Source of the DNA: Octopus sinensis
Taxonomy: Eukaryota
DNA: 64,000 bases
Reading direction: 5' to 3'
Assembly: GCF_006345805.1 (NCBI RefSeq)
Contig: NC_043002.1
Coordinates: forward strand, 93,434,001-93,498,000
Below are positions 14,126 through 26,195 of the stretch, in pieces. The notes under the pieces were generated by a model. That model did not search any database, was not told the DNA's origin, and saw nothing but the letters and a program-made list of their open reading frames with translations. The number at the start of each line of letters is the position of its first letter. Position 1 is the stretch's first letter. The position numbers and the translations under genes are program-made.

Positions 14126-14971
14126 ATTAGACATATCTACAATAGTTAGTCTTGAAATTGAGTTGATGTCCCCTCCCCCTCAACACGAACCATATGGTGT
14201 TGCTCTGAATCCAGTAGGATTGCATCTGTACAGCCATTTTGTGAAACATAAAATGAAATGTTTACTACTGAAAAATTTCAAATTAATATTGATTTATCAC
14301 TTATTGATTTTAATTCTGATGCCGCTTAAACTGACAACTGGTGTTATCATGTGATGATAATGATGATAAAACGTCTGCTCTATATTGAGAGAAAAACAAT
14401 GAGAGCTGATTAAGAGTGAAATTTTCACTTTATCTGATATTTTTTATTAAATTCGCAGTTTGTCATACACACACACACACACATAGACACATATATGGAT
14501 TCATATATGTACATGTGTGTGTGTGTGTGTATTATATACATAGCCTTGACCTGCATATTTCTTATTGTCAACTTTTGCTTTTGTGCTGGTCTGTTTTACC
14601 CTGATTAAGAAGTTGGAGTTTAATTAAGAACTTGATCAGACTGAGCACAAATATTTTGCATATCTATTCTATGCTTATGCCAGTGTCTTCTCACACACTG
14701 ATATATATATATATATTCACACACACACACACACACACATACACACTCACATACACATTGTTATTGTCATCATCGGCGTCATTGTTTTTATTTCTGCTTT
14801 ATCTATACTCACTTGTATTGGATGACACTTCTTGAAGCAGCATTCTTAATTGCTTACAAGTAAGATATCTCCATTCCATGTTTATGCATATCAAACTACT
14901 AAGTTGCCAGATTTTTTGTTTAAGACATTAAATGATACCACCACTGCCCAAGTAGTGTGAATGTGTGCACG

Positions 14972-15002
<31 letters not shown>

Positions 15003-15234
15003 GCTGGTTTTTCCATACAGTCTCCACCTAACAAATTTTACTAAAATTACATTGGTTACCTTCAGTGTAATTTAGAAGACATTTGTTGAAAGTACCACAT
15101 GGTGGGATCAAACCCCAAAACCATGTGGTTGTAAACTGAACAGCCATGCCTGTGCAAGTTTCTCTAAATTTTACTGAAGTAGGAAAGGCTGCCATTTTCA
15201 GCTGTTACTTCTTTTTGTTCTCTTGTAGAATAGT

Positions 15235-15612
15235 GCTCAAAGTTATAAATGGAGCACCTTTTCAAACTCCACCTGTCCAACACTCGTGGACATGTTTACA
15301 AAGTCAGAAAACAGCACAGCTCCCATGACTTTTGGAAACATTTTTTCACGCTAAGAGTTGCTGAAGCATGGAACAAACTGCTGGCATCAGTTGTTAGTTG
15401 TCAGAGCACTGCATCCTTCAAAACTTCCATGCTTCCTGAGATTCACCAACACTACACCTGATTTTCCCCCCCTCCATACATACGCAAGCATGTATCTGAC
15501 TCATACACTGTTCGCTTTCCAGACATTTGTACATTACTGCATATACTTTATATGCACTTTTGACAAGTTGTGGTGCACATGAGCACTGTATACAACAATT
15601 TCATTATTATTA
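15235..15612 (+). mobile_element. CR1-clade LINE 3' fragment
   Basis: Translation NTRGHVYKVRK...KHFFTLRVAEAWNKL..SVVSC.S.ASFK is the CR1 ORF2 C-terminal signature; (ATT)n tail. Confidence 0.85.
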
Positions 15613-16030
15613 TTATATATACACACATGTGAGCACTTAGGTAACAGTTGAAATGTGGAAATCTTTTCAACTTCAATAAACACTAATTTACTCTACTTTT
15701 AGTATTCAAATACTTTTTTTTTCTACCTTGTCTTGCATCTATATGCCCACGTGTGTGTGTCTGTGTGTACACACATGCGCACACACACACACACATGCTT
15801 ATAATGTGTAGTTGTACCTTGGTGTTTTTCAAACTTCTTGTTTACATGTGGATAGTACATTGGTTCAGATGGATGTGGTTGATAGCAAAATACCAACGAA
15901 AAGATGACAGTGAAAACTGTTGATTGGAAGTTTTGTTGCTGGTTTGAATTTTACTGGTTAACCATAAGTCCTTTTAGTTTCATAACCTTTCCCCAGGCAA
16001 GTTTATTCTGATCCTTATAGTTACATAGTA

Positions 16031-16370
16031 AAGGTGCATGGCTTAGTGGTTAGAGCATCAAGCTTATGATCGTGAGGTTGTGAGTTCGATTCCTGGACTG
16101 GGCTGTGTATTGTGTTCTTGAGCAAGACACTTTATTTTTCACATTGCTCCAGTTCACTCAGCTGTAGAACTGAGTTGCGGCATTACTGGTGCCAATCTGT
16201 ATCAGCCTTTGCCATTCTTTTGGATAACATCGGTGGTGTGGAGAGGGGAGGTTGGTATGCATGGGCGACTGCTGGTCTTCCATAAAAACAACTCTAGGTT
16301 GTGTGTTCACCGGTGAGGTGACTTTCCACCTAGACTTGTACCCTGGAAGGGAACCTCTTAGGTGTACCCA
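16031..16370 (+). mobile_element. tRNA-derived SINE, second family
   Basis: TGGCTTAGTGGTTAG A-box, GAGTTCGATTCC B-box, body shared with 59258-59580 and (inverted) 39900-40130. Confidence 0.8.
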
Positions 16371-16467
16371 TGATCATTTGTGACAGATGGAGTAGAGTTT
16401 TTTTTTTTATTATAGTTACATAGATAAATAGTGTGGTTAGACTTAAAACAGAGATACTGAATATACT

Positions 16468-16670
16468 CTTTTACTTGTTTCAGTCATATGACTGTGGCCA
16501 TGCTGGAGCACCAAATCGACCCCAGGACTTATTCTTTGTAAGCCTAGTACTTATTCTATTGGTCTTTTTTGCCGAACCACTAAGTTACGGGGATGTAAAC
16601 ACAACAGCATCAGTTGTCAAGCGATGTTGAGGGACAAACACAGAGACACAGACATACACACACACATACC

Positions 16671-16702
<32 letters not shown>

Positions 16703-16870
16703 CGACGGGGTTCTTTTTAAGTTTCCGTCTATCAAATCCACTCACAAGGCTTTGGTCGGCCCGACGCCATAGCGGAAGACAGTTGCCCAAGGTGCCACGC
16801 AGTGGGACTGAACCCAGAACCATGTGGTTGGTAAGCAAGCTACTTACCACACAGCCACTCCTACGCCTAT
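16468..16870 (-). mobile_element. Abundant SINE, near full length
   Basis: Reverse complement of 9008-9410. Confidence 0.9.
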
Positions 16871-17419
16871 GTATATGTTTTTCTATGTATGAAATCCCAA
16901 TTTATGGGTAGTCTTCTGTTTGTTAGTAAATTGTACCTCCACTGTCTGCCGGTCTATAAGTATCAGTCTGTCTTTGTATATTACTTCGTGTCATTCTTTA
17001 CTGAAGTATTGCACTAAATGTTACTCTATTGTACAAGCGTTTATATATTCAGATTTGTCACAGTCGTTTTCTTCGTCAGATGTGTGTCCCACCACCATGA
17101 CTTGTTAATTTATAAATTAACTAGAAAAGCATCCTGGCATTTCCTGGGTGTTACGATCTACAGCCATATTGTATTATTTGTTCCTTTCTTATGGACAGAA
17201 TCAGCACAGGTGATATATAGTGAACTGGATATGTTGTTGTGAAATTCATGCCTTTTCCAAGGTCAATAATAAATGAAATAGTTTCAACTGGTAATCGAAA
17301 TCATGTCTTTATTTGTTTCAACTGACCAGGAACTTACCTCTTGCTATGTAATTCTTCCGACAAATGCTACAAATACATTAAAAATGCTGAAGGTTGATGG
17401 AACTGATATAAAAAATAAT

Positions 17420-17545
17420 AATAATAATGAAATTATTGTATACAGTGCTCAGGTGCACCACAACTTGTCAAAAAGTGCATATAAAGTACATGCAGTAATG
17501 TAGAAATGTCTGGAAAGTGAACATGCTTGTGTGTGTATGGAGGGG
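17420..17545 (-). mobile_element. CR1 3' UTR fragment
   Basis: Reverse complement of ~15480-15612. Confidence 0.75.
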
Positions 17546-17750
17546 ATCAAGGAGTGGGTGGTAGAAGCGGTAGAGCGTCAGATGTGAGTGGATTAGTAGA
17601 AATGGGTTTTTTGAGCATCACGGTGGTGTATTGGTAGGGTTGGTAAAATATCAGATTAGTAGAGTGATAGAATATGTACTGTGTCAGGGTGGTGTGTCGG
17701 TAGTATCATTTGAACACCAGGGTGGTAGTAACACCTCCTTCCATCTAGAG

Positions 17751-18564
17751 CAGTGTTTCTCAACCATTTTTTTTTACCTATGGACCACTTTGATTCCTAT
17801 TTTACTTGGATGAACCCTCCCAGCCATTTGATGCTAAAAAAAAATTATAATATCTTTTATAATTAAGTATTATTAGGAATTGGGATCTTTTTGGTTTGAA
17901 CGGCAGATTTTTAAAATAATTTCCACATAACTAAACACTTTTAAACTTCGTATACTGGTAGAATGTGTTTATAAAACATCTTTTTCTCTTGGCTTTATTG
18001 AGAAAATTCTATAGTTTGTAAGATATTTGTTGTTTTTTTTCTTCAATTTCTGCAATTTCAACCAATCAATGATGTCCATTGAGGTAAACAACATTCTGTG
18101 TCGTATGAATATGTCCCTCGTTTAAGAAACAGATTGGGTTTATTTACATTTGAGAAGAAAAAAGATACCCTTCCCCCCATCCCTAACTAACCCTAACCCT
18201 AAAACAGATTGAAATGCAATAGATCGATACTAGGGTCATAATTATGGGTGACAATTTCATATGACACCGCTAGAAAAAACTGCCGTTCAAACCGAAAAGG
18301 TCCTGTTTCTCAACCATTTTTTTTTTTACCTATGGATTACTTTGATTCCTATTTTATTTGGATGAACCCTCCTAGCCATTTGATGCTTAAAAAAAAAAAT
18401 TATAATATCTTTTATAATTAAGTATTATGAGGAATTGTATATAAAAGATTGTGAAAATATTTTGTGCATTGTAAAAGTATAACCAATTCATTGCAGATAA
18501 AATTTAGTAACAAAATCTTATATGGATCCCCAAGGACCATACGAACCCCAGTTGAGAAGCACTC
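17751..18564. mobile_element. hAT-type MITE (CAGTGTTTCTCAA ends) hosting a nested MITE
   Basis: CAGTGTTTCTCAAC / GTTGAGAAGCACTC ends; 8 bp TSD ATCTAGAG / TTCTAGAG. Confidence 0.75.
17883..18303. mobile_element. MITE with 24 bp TIRs and internal CCCTAA repeats
   Basis: GGATCTTTTTGGTTTGAACGGCAG vs reverse complement of CTGCCGTTCAAACCGAAAAGGTCC (2 mismatches). Confidence 0.8.
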
Positions 18565-19705
18565 TTCTAGAGAATGCATAGTGGTAGTATATACTGTATA
18601 TCTCAGGGATATAATCAATGGAAGTGGCCTCTACCCCTACCTATTGCATAGTGGTGGTAGTTATTTCAACAAGTATTGAAAAATGCATGTTGAACTCAAT
18701 GTTAGAGGAATTTGAAGTCAGAATGTATAGGCATTTAATTCCATACTTTGTACTATTACTTCAAATGCCTTGATAATATGGACTACTGTAATAACTATTT
18801 CTCATAGCAATGGTAATAGCTGAATGATGTAACTGTTTGTTGATAATGCTTGTTGATGTCACAGTTGTATATTATCATTACACAACTGTGTAAACGTTAC
18901 TGGAGCTGATAATGCTGACTGCTGTAGCAGTATGTTTCAACACATATGTATATATGACTAACCACTATTGACTTTGTCGGGCTGTAGCAGGCTTTCCATC
19001 ACCAATGACTAATTGTGACTGACTTGATAATGTTCTTGACTCTTAAAATATGTGCTAGGTTAAATCAATAGCTGTTATCATTAGTGATCTATTAGTGATC
19101 TCTCCTGTTACAATATGTGTAATATTGATAATGAGAATGACTATAATTAGCAGTCTAAAATGGGAACCTTTCTGTGGTCACTTGACCAGATAGAAGGAAC
19201 AGCCAAATCTATCTCAACTCAAACTCTACTCTCTTAAAAAGAAGAAGGACATCTTTTGATAAATTTAGTTCTTCAATGTCTGAATTTAAGATGAAATAGT
19301 GTCGGATTATGTCTGGAAAAAAAGCAAACAAACAAACAAAAAAACTAGATTGTCATGTTTGGAAATCTCTTTTACCCTAGGTCTGTTCAGTCAGGGATAA
19401 TCTGGGAGATAAACAACAGCAACACAACAACAACAACACAGCACAAGAACTACAACTATAAGTGGCTTGAACCACTAATGGATTTTTTCTTTACTGTTTG
19501 CCATAAATATACATCTTTATCTCAGCTGCTATCTTCATGGCCTCATATATGAAATAAAGATCTAATGCCCTTGTATTTGCTTTTCCAATTACTTTATGAA
19601 ATCTATTTGAAAATTACAAAACTTGTTTTTTTTTTTATATTTTCTTTATTTTTTCTGTGATTCATTTTCTCTCAACCCATTTAACGAGAAATACTCTTGT
19701 CATAC

Positions 19706-19810
19706 AGTGATTTCAAGTAGATCAATGAAGGAATAGGCAGGAACATCAGTTTGCATGTTCACATGTTTTATGATTCCATTACATGATTCATCATCATAGA
19801 TCTTTCCCTC
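19706..19810 (-). CDS. Candidate internal coding exon, phase 0-0, product unknown (EGKIYDDESCNGIIKHVNMQTDVPAYSFIDLLEIT)
   Basis: Strong acceptor TTTTTGTCTTTCAG, donor ACT|GTATGA, 105 nt open in one frame only; no homology recognised. Confidence 0.3.
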
Positions 19811-20684
19811 CTGAAAGACAAAAATATCCACTATTAAAATTAAGCATAAGAATGTAGTTATGGCCGGCATTGGATAAATCACTCGGTGAACTTTACAGTC
19901 TTTATTAAACCATACAGTTTTAATGTGATTGTTGCTGAGCCCAGGTTAACCTAGATTTAGTATGCCTGTGATCAAATGTATTCCAATCATGACCATCACG
20001 TCATTTATTCAGACACACTATAACTTGGACTATATTGTCCATTATTATTATTATTTTTTAGGATTGATGAGTATAATATAAAGGAAGAATTGGCTGATAT
20101 TTGTAGTAATTCAAATAAACCATATGGAGGCTTTCCTCACCCAGGAGTGGTCCTCTTATCATATGATCCAAATTAAATCATTAGTAATAATTTTATATAG
20201 CTATTTAAGATAAGCTGAACTGTCACCGACAGAAATAGTGGTAGCAATTTTCTATTATTGACATACATTGTTCAGATATTTTAGAAAAACATACTTCACA
20301 TTGAACAGGTATTTTTGTATTTTCTCACATATAATAGCATTATAAATACTTTTCTCATTTATAAGGACTATGTTTGGCATTCAAATTCTGAAGATTTTAT
20401 ACTCAGAACTTTCTTAATAAATGGTTTAATTTCTCTATTAAATAAAGTGAATATTTCTTAATAAAATTTGCAAAATTCTGGAATGAAAATTATAGATGTG
20501 AACTGTGTTAGGAATGTGAAGAAAAGAAAAAAAGATTTGGAGCAGATCCAACTTAGCAAATGTGGATTCATTAAATAAAATGGGTTTAAGCATCCAATTC
20601 TTAAATGTGTGTGTGTGTGTTGTATGTGTAAATATACACACAACATATACACATACCATATATATGGTGGGCGTGATGGAAGCT

Positions 20685-20727
<43 letters not shown>

Positions 20728-20900
20728 GTAATGGAAGCGGGGAAGGAGGCTCGTTAGCTTGAGCTGTGTCATACTGCTTGTTGATAAACAGATCCTACAA
20801 TCAATCTTATAATAGCCAGATTAATTTTTCTCACATCTTGTGTTGTTGGGAATCTTTTTTGTAGCATTTCCAGAATGTGTGATGTTTTAAATTTTATAAC

Positions 20901-21272
20901 ACTAGCACTATGACCAGGCGTTGCTGGGTCATAGTGCTGGTGCATGCATATACAGCTGCATGCGTGCGCACATAGAAGCGAGTACTGTCCAAATCTCCGA
21001 CCAGTCACATATGGCTAGCTGGCATTCAATTGGCGTATCAAGTTTCGGGCATTTTGATTGGGTTTTGGATAGAAAATTCACAAAAAAGTCACTTCTAATG
21101 AATTTTTAATGGCTTTGTGGGGTGACAGGGGAAATGTAAAGATGTGCAAGACCACCCTTGGACGGTTTTGAATGACCATAGAAAGTACAAGCCCTCTAAC
21201 TGAAAAATTGTGGGTTTGTATAAAGGACACACACACACACACAGACATTTTGCCGTTTATATATAGAGAGAT
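20901..21272 (+). mobile_element. Helitron-like non-autonomous element
   Basis: 5' ACTAGCACTATGACCAGGCGTTGCTGGGTCATAGTGCT hairpin, 3' TTTATATATAGAGAGAT as in 5905-6294. Confidence 0.55.
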
Positions 21273-21809
21273 ATCGGCATAAATTTGGTTGTGAGGTTCA
21301 GAAGTTTGCTTTCCAACTACTTGGTTTCAAGTTCAGTCCCACTGTATAGCTTCTGTGGCTAGTGTTTTCTACTATAACCCTGGGATGACCAAATTGTAAG
21401 TGAATTTGGTAGATGGAAATTCAAAGAAACGTCTTGTATATATGTATGTGTGTGTCTCCTTGACTGGACATTGTGATTACTGTAAATGAATATTATGAAT
21501 TTCAAATATTCTGCGAAAACATATCCAGCCATGCTTGGAAACAAGTAAGAGATGCTGACAGGTAGGGCACCAGGCCGTAGAAAATCTGCCTCAATAAATT
21601 CATACATCCGATGCAAGCATGGAAAAGTGGGCATTGAAATAACCACGATGATACACACATATTTATGTCTAATGTCAAGTTTCCATCAGCTGCTTTCCTA
21701 ACCTCTTTGATATCCTGTTGTCTTTCTATACTTACCTCCTCTCTGTATTCATCATGCATACTAGGAATGGAAGAAGAGAGAAAGAGAGGCAATAAAATTA
21801 CAGCAGTTA

Positions 21810-22218
21810 CTCTTTTACTCTTTTACTTGTTTCAGCCATGCTGGAGCACCGCCCTTAGTCGAGCAAATCGACCACAGGACTTATTCTTTGTAAGCCTAGT
21901 ACTTATTCTATTGGTCTCTTTTGCCGAACCGTTAAGTTACGGGGATGTAAACACACAAGCATTGGTTGTCAAGCGATGTTGGGGGGACGAACACAAACAC
22001 ATAGACACACACACACACACATATATATATACACACATATACACATACATACATATACATATATATGGCGTGTTTCTTTCAGTTTCCGTCTACCAAATCC
22101 ACTCACTTTGGTCAGCCTGAGGCTATAGTAGAAGACACTTGCCCAAGGTGCCACGCAGTGGGAATGAACCCGGAACCATGTGGTTGGTAAGCAAGCTACT
22201 TACCATACAGCCACTCCA
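21810..22218 (-). mobile_element. Abundant SINE
   Basis: Reverse complement of SINE consensus. Confidence 0.88.
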
Positions 22219-22554
22219 ATGCAGTTGGGCATTTTTTATGGAAGATTGCAAATGAATAATTCTGCTGGTATAACAATGATGTTTATTTACAATTTTGTGC
22301 AACGTCTAAACAAGGAAGCATGAAAATGTTTGCATGCATGCACACATAGAACTGGTTTCTTTTAGTTTTTGCTTCCTAAATCCACTCACAAGGCCTTGGT
22401 TGACTCAAGAGGTCTATAGTAGAAGACTCTTACCCAGTACCATCTGAATGCATGGGCACACTGGGCTGTTGCTTGGGGTCAATAAATACTACAGGGTCCA
22501 TTGCATTGATTTTCCTGGGGGTTTAATCATGCTGCTAAGCTGGCTCTGTTGTTG

Positions 22555-22856
22555 TTTGATCCTTCTTGAGCCATGCCTGGCTCATAAGGTCCGGTTTCCC
22601 GGTTTCTTGGTGTATAGGTTCCACCACCTGGACGGGATGCCGGTCCGTCGCAGGTGAGCTGCGAGATGCAGGAGGAAAGAGTGAGAGAAAGTTGTGGCAA
22701 AAGAGTCAGCAAAAGTTCGCCATTACCTTCTGCCGGAGCCGTGTGGAGTTCAGGTGTTTTGCTCATAAACACATACATCGCCTGGTCTGAGATTCGAACC
22801 CGCGATCCCTCGACCGCAAGTCCACTGCTCTAACCACTAGGCCATGTGCCTCCACA
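22555..22856 (-). mobile_element. tRNA-Arg-like-head SINE variant
   Basis: Minus strand GGCACATGGCCTAGTGGTTAGAGC...GGGTTCGAATC head; body related to 51618-51915. Confidence 0.8.
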
Positions 22857-23630
22857 AGCTGGCTCTGCACTAACCTAAAGTGCCACATTACGGCATTGAT
22901 CCTGAAACCATGTTTTTGTGAAGCAAACTTCTTAACCACTCAGCCGTGCCTGCTCATACTATATAGACTTTATCTGTTCCTCAGTCAAATCCCCACCCCC
23001 TGAGTCTTAGGTATCTTCAGCAGAGTTTACTTTGTTTCAAAGCTCCAAACCTAACCTCTTACCTGAAGAATACCACCTTCCCACCCTTACTCTTGGAGGG
23101 TCTGAAAGTTATAATTGGTGCTGTTATTCATTCATCAAGCCATTAACAAAGAAAAAAAAACACAACTTAAATCTCAATTATTTCAATTCAGACATTTAGG
23201 TTAAATAAATTTCTAAATTCAGTTTTCTTTCACTTCTAAATCTGATGACAACTACTAATTTTAGCTTAATGCTATATATATTTTGGTTTCTCATTTTCCA
23301 TGAAGTTTCATTATTTGAATCATTTCAGTTTAAATTAGTTCATAATAAATCATGATTTTTACCCCATCTCCTCGTTATTAGTTCAGCTGGTTTCATTTAT
23401 CCTATTAAATTTATATTTTGCTACATCTATCACATAAAATCTGACACCTCCAACAAATATCTTTTCTCTGCTATGACACATATTCTTTTATTCTTTTAGT
23501 GTTTCAACTCATTTAAATATGGCCATGCTGGGTACCATCTACAAAGATTTCTGGTTGATTATAATAACCCAAGTACTTATTTCAGATTAGGTTTTTATGT
23601 TTTTTTTTAAACTTGAAGGGATGTAACTGG

Positions 23631-23667
<37 letters not shown>

Positions 23668-23672
<5 letters not shown>

Positions 23673-23851
23673 GCACCCACTACACTCACGGAGTGGTTGG
23701 CGTTAGGAAGGGCATCCAGCCGTAGAAACACTGCCAGATCAGACTGGGCCTGATGCAGCCTTCTGGCTTCACAGACCCCAGTTGAACCGTCCAACCCATG
23801 CTAGCATGGAAAGCGGACGCTAAACGATGATGATGATGACGATGATGATGA
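23668..23851 (+). mobile_element. RTE 3' end with (GAT)n tail
   Basis: Matches 50630-50810. Confidence 0.88.
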
Positions 23852-23861
23852 TATATATATA

Positions 23862-24082
23862 TACATAAAGTTAATCCAAACATGAAAACACAAAGAGAAA
23901 ACACAACAACGCGAGGACGTGGAACAAGTATAGTGTTAATGGACACTCAGGAAAGAAGGAAAAAAGGAGGGTTTAACGTTCCGAGCGGAGATCTTCGTCA
24001 GAAACATAGGAAAAGGAAAGATCCAAAGAAGGGAAGACTGCGGGAAAAAAATCACCAACAGTACACACGCGGTCACATTTTG
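23862..24082 (-). mobile_element. Penelope-like pseudo-LTR fragment with hammerhead-like motif
   Basis: Minus strand GTTT-CTGACGA-A-GATCTCCGCTC-GGAA-CG-TT-AAAC; family assignment inferred from this motif. Confidence 0.55.
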
Positions 24083-24083
24083 A

Positions 24084-24120
<37 letters not shown>

Positions 24121-24408
24121 TAGGCCTGCTTGCTTGCCCGGCGGGGTGGCGTCATTTGAAGGCTAAAACAATGCGAAGCGCATTGTGACCAGCGATGTGT
24201 AGCAACATCTGATGGCCTGGTCAGTCACGTGGTCACATGATATATACACATACACATATATACACACACACACACGATTCTGCATAGTTTCTATTAAATT
24301 TCTTTCATAAAGTGTTGGTTAGCTTGAAACTACAAAAGGAGACATTTTCGTAAGTTGCTGTGCTGTTGGATAAACCTGGATTCAAACTTGAATCTTAATT
24401 TCAAGAAC

Positions 24409-24835
24409 ATAGGCGCAGGAGTGGCCATGTGGTAAGCATAGGTGCAGGAGTGGCTGTGTGGTAGGTAGTTTGCTTACCAACCACATGGTTCCGGCTCAGT
24501 CCCACTGTATGGCACTTTGGGCAAGTGTCTTCTATTATAGCCTTGGGACGACCAAAGCTTTGTGAGTGGATTTGGTAGACGGAAACTGAAAGAAGCTTGT
24601 CACACATATATATATATATATATATACACACATATGTGTGTGTTTGTGTGTATGTTTTTGTCCCCACCAACATTGCTTGACAACCGATGCTGGTGTGTTT
24701 ATCTCCCTGTAACGTTGCAGTTTAGCAAAAGAGACTTATAGAATAAATACTAGGCTTACAAAAATAAGTCCTGGGGTTTATTTACTTGACTAAAGGCAGT
24801 GCTGCAGCATGGCTGCAGTCAAATGACAAACAAAT
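24409..24835 (+). mobile_element. Abundant SINE with tandemly duplicated head
   Basis: ATAGG(C/T)GCAGGAGTGGC...GTGGTA occurs twice (24409, 24438) before the body. Confidence 0.88.
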
Positions 24836-24962
24836 AAATGAAAAAATCGTTTCAGTTTAGAGGGGATCAAAGAGGGGCCAAACTACTAATTAATTAGTAT
24901 TTAAAATGTTTTTATTCAGTCATTTTGTACCAATTTTTGAATATTTTTTCAACTTGCATATA

Positions 24963-25323
24963 GGAAGCACTCCGTCGGTTACGACGATGAGGGTTCCGGT
25001 TGATCCGAATCAATGTGTAAGTGGCTGAGCACTCCACAGACACGTGCACCCTTAACGTAGTTCTCGGGGATATTCAGCGTGACACAGAGAGTGACAAGGC
25101 CGGCCCCTTGAAATACAGGTACAACAGAAACAGGAAGTAAGAGTGAGAGAAAGTTGTAGTGAAAGAGTACAGCAGGGATCACCACCATCCCCTGCCGGAG
25201 CCTCGTGGAGCTTTTTTAGGTGTTTTTGCTCAATAAACACTCACAACGCCTGGTCTAGGAATCGAAACCGCGATCCTATGACCGCGAGTCTGCTGCCCTA
25301 ACCACTGGGCCATTGCGCCTCCA
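24963..25323 (-). mobile_element. tRNA-Arg-like-head SINE with GTCACGCTGAATATCCCCGAGAACTACG body
   Basis: Head GGAGGCGCAATGGCCCAGTGGTTAGGGCAGC on minus, shared with 45133, 51618, 52369, 63845. Confidence 0.88.
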
Positions 25324-26020
25324 CTCAACTTGTATATATTCCCATTGTTACTATGACAGCTGTCCATGAAGCTAATACATAGATATTATGGAAACTGTCA
25401 TTAACCCTTCATGTAAGTGATTGGATGAAACTATGCAGAGAGATAGGTGCTGTTAGCCAGTAGTTCTGAGTGGCATACTGTTTTTAAACAGTATAAAAAT
25501 TCAGTTTTGAAATAGTATTAATTTTTTATGATTTTATTTCTTTGCTGCAATGATGACATGTAGTAGCTTTAATTAGCGCATTGAAAGGATTTACAATGAT
25601 TTTCTTGTCTTCTGTTTTCAGTTCAAACCACTTTGATAAAAACCAAATTATTCATAGATTTTAGAGTCTCTTACATTTCCCAATTTATTTTTCCATGCTT
25701 GCATGGATTGATTTTTTAAAAGTCATGATATTTTCGTTGAGTAAGAAATGACATTTTCATAAAATAGTCCTGTTTGTAATGAATTTGTCATAACTGCAGC
25801 ATTACCATAAAAGAAGGGAAATAAAAACAAAGAAACCTTGTATTGAACTGGCATTTGCACATCTACTGTGATACTAATGTTACATTTAATTTAAACCTAT
25901 CACAAATCCTAGAATATTAAAAGGAAATTGACCTCATAAAAGCACCAAACGTATGGCTAACAGAAAAAAAGGGAAACAGATTTTTAAACTGTTTAGCATT
26001 TAAACTGGCCATATGTATAT

Positions 26021-26127
26021 GTATTGCTTCGGCGATACATATACATAAATTGGAACGATGCAGAAAAGATTAGCATGGCCCCTGCACAAGGATGACATGC
26101 AAATTCGTGAAGCGTTCCATATTTTTT
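26021..26127 (+). pseudogene. U6: Full-length U6 snRNA retrocopy (pseudogene)
   Basis: Colinear with metazoan U6 over the whole length (GCTTCGGC, AAATTGGAACGAT, AAGATTAGCATGGCCCCTGC, AAATTCGTGAAGCGTTCCATATTTTT); ACAGAGA box mutated to GCAGAAA; CpG-type changes; no snRNA promoter context, sits inside a MITE. Confidence 0.93.
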
Positions 26128-26195
26128 ATAATGGCGGTGCCCCAGCATGGCCACAGCTCATGAGCTGAAACTAGATAAAATGAAAATGAAATGAA
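26128..26195 (+). mobile_element. Retroposon 3' tail fused to U6
   Basis: GGCGGTGCCCCAGCATGGCCACAGCTCATGAGCTGAAACTAGATAAAA(TGAAA)n, homologous to SINE tails in the window. Confidence 0.85.

Noticed and set aside
16031-16110. tRNA-like sequences here and at other SINE heads
   Set aside because: A/B boxes continue into SINE bodies; no complete cloverleaf, so not tRNA genes
17018-17095. Minus-strand SEYINAC resembling the PTP DYINA motif
   Set aside because: In-frame stop upstream and no usable acceptor; likely chance
18178-18202. CCCTAA telomere-like repeats
   Set aside because: Only about three units, internal to a MITE; not a telomere or fusion site
20404-20478. Minus-strand NFANFIKKYSLYLIEKL resembling an ANTH helix
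   Set aside because: Very AT-rich, ends in a stop without a good donor, and no supporting exons
26021-26127. Functional U6 gene
   Set aside because: ACAGAGA box mutated, located inside a MITE, fused to a retroposon tail
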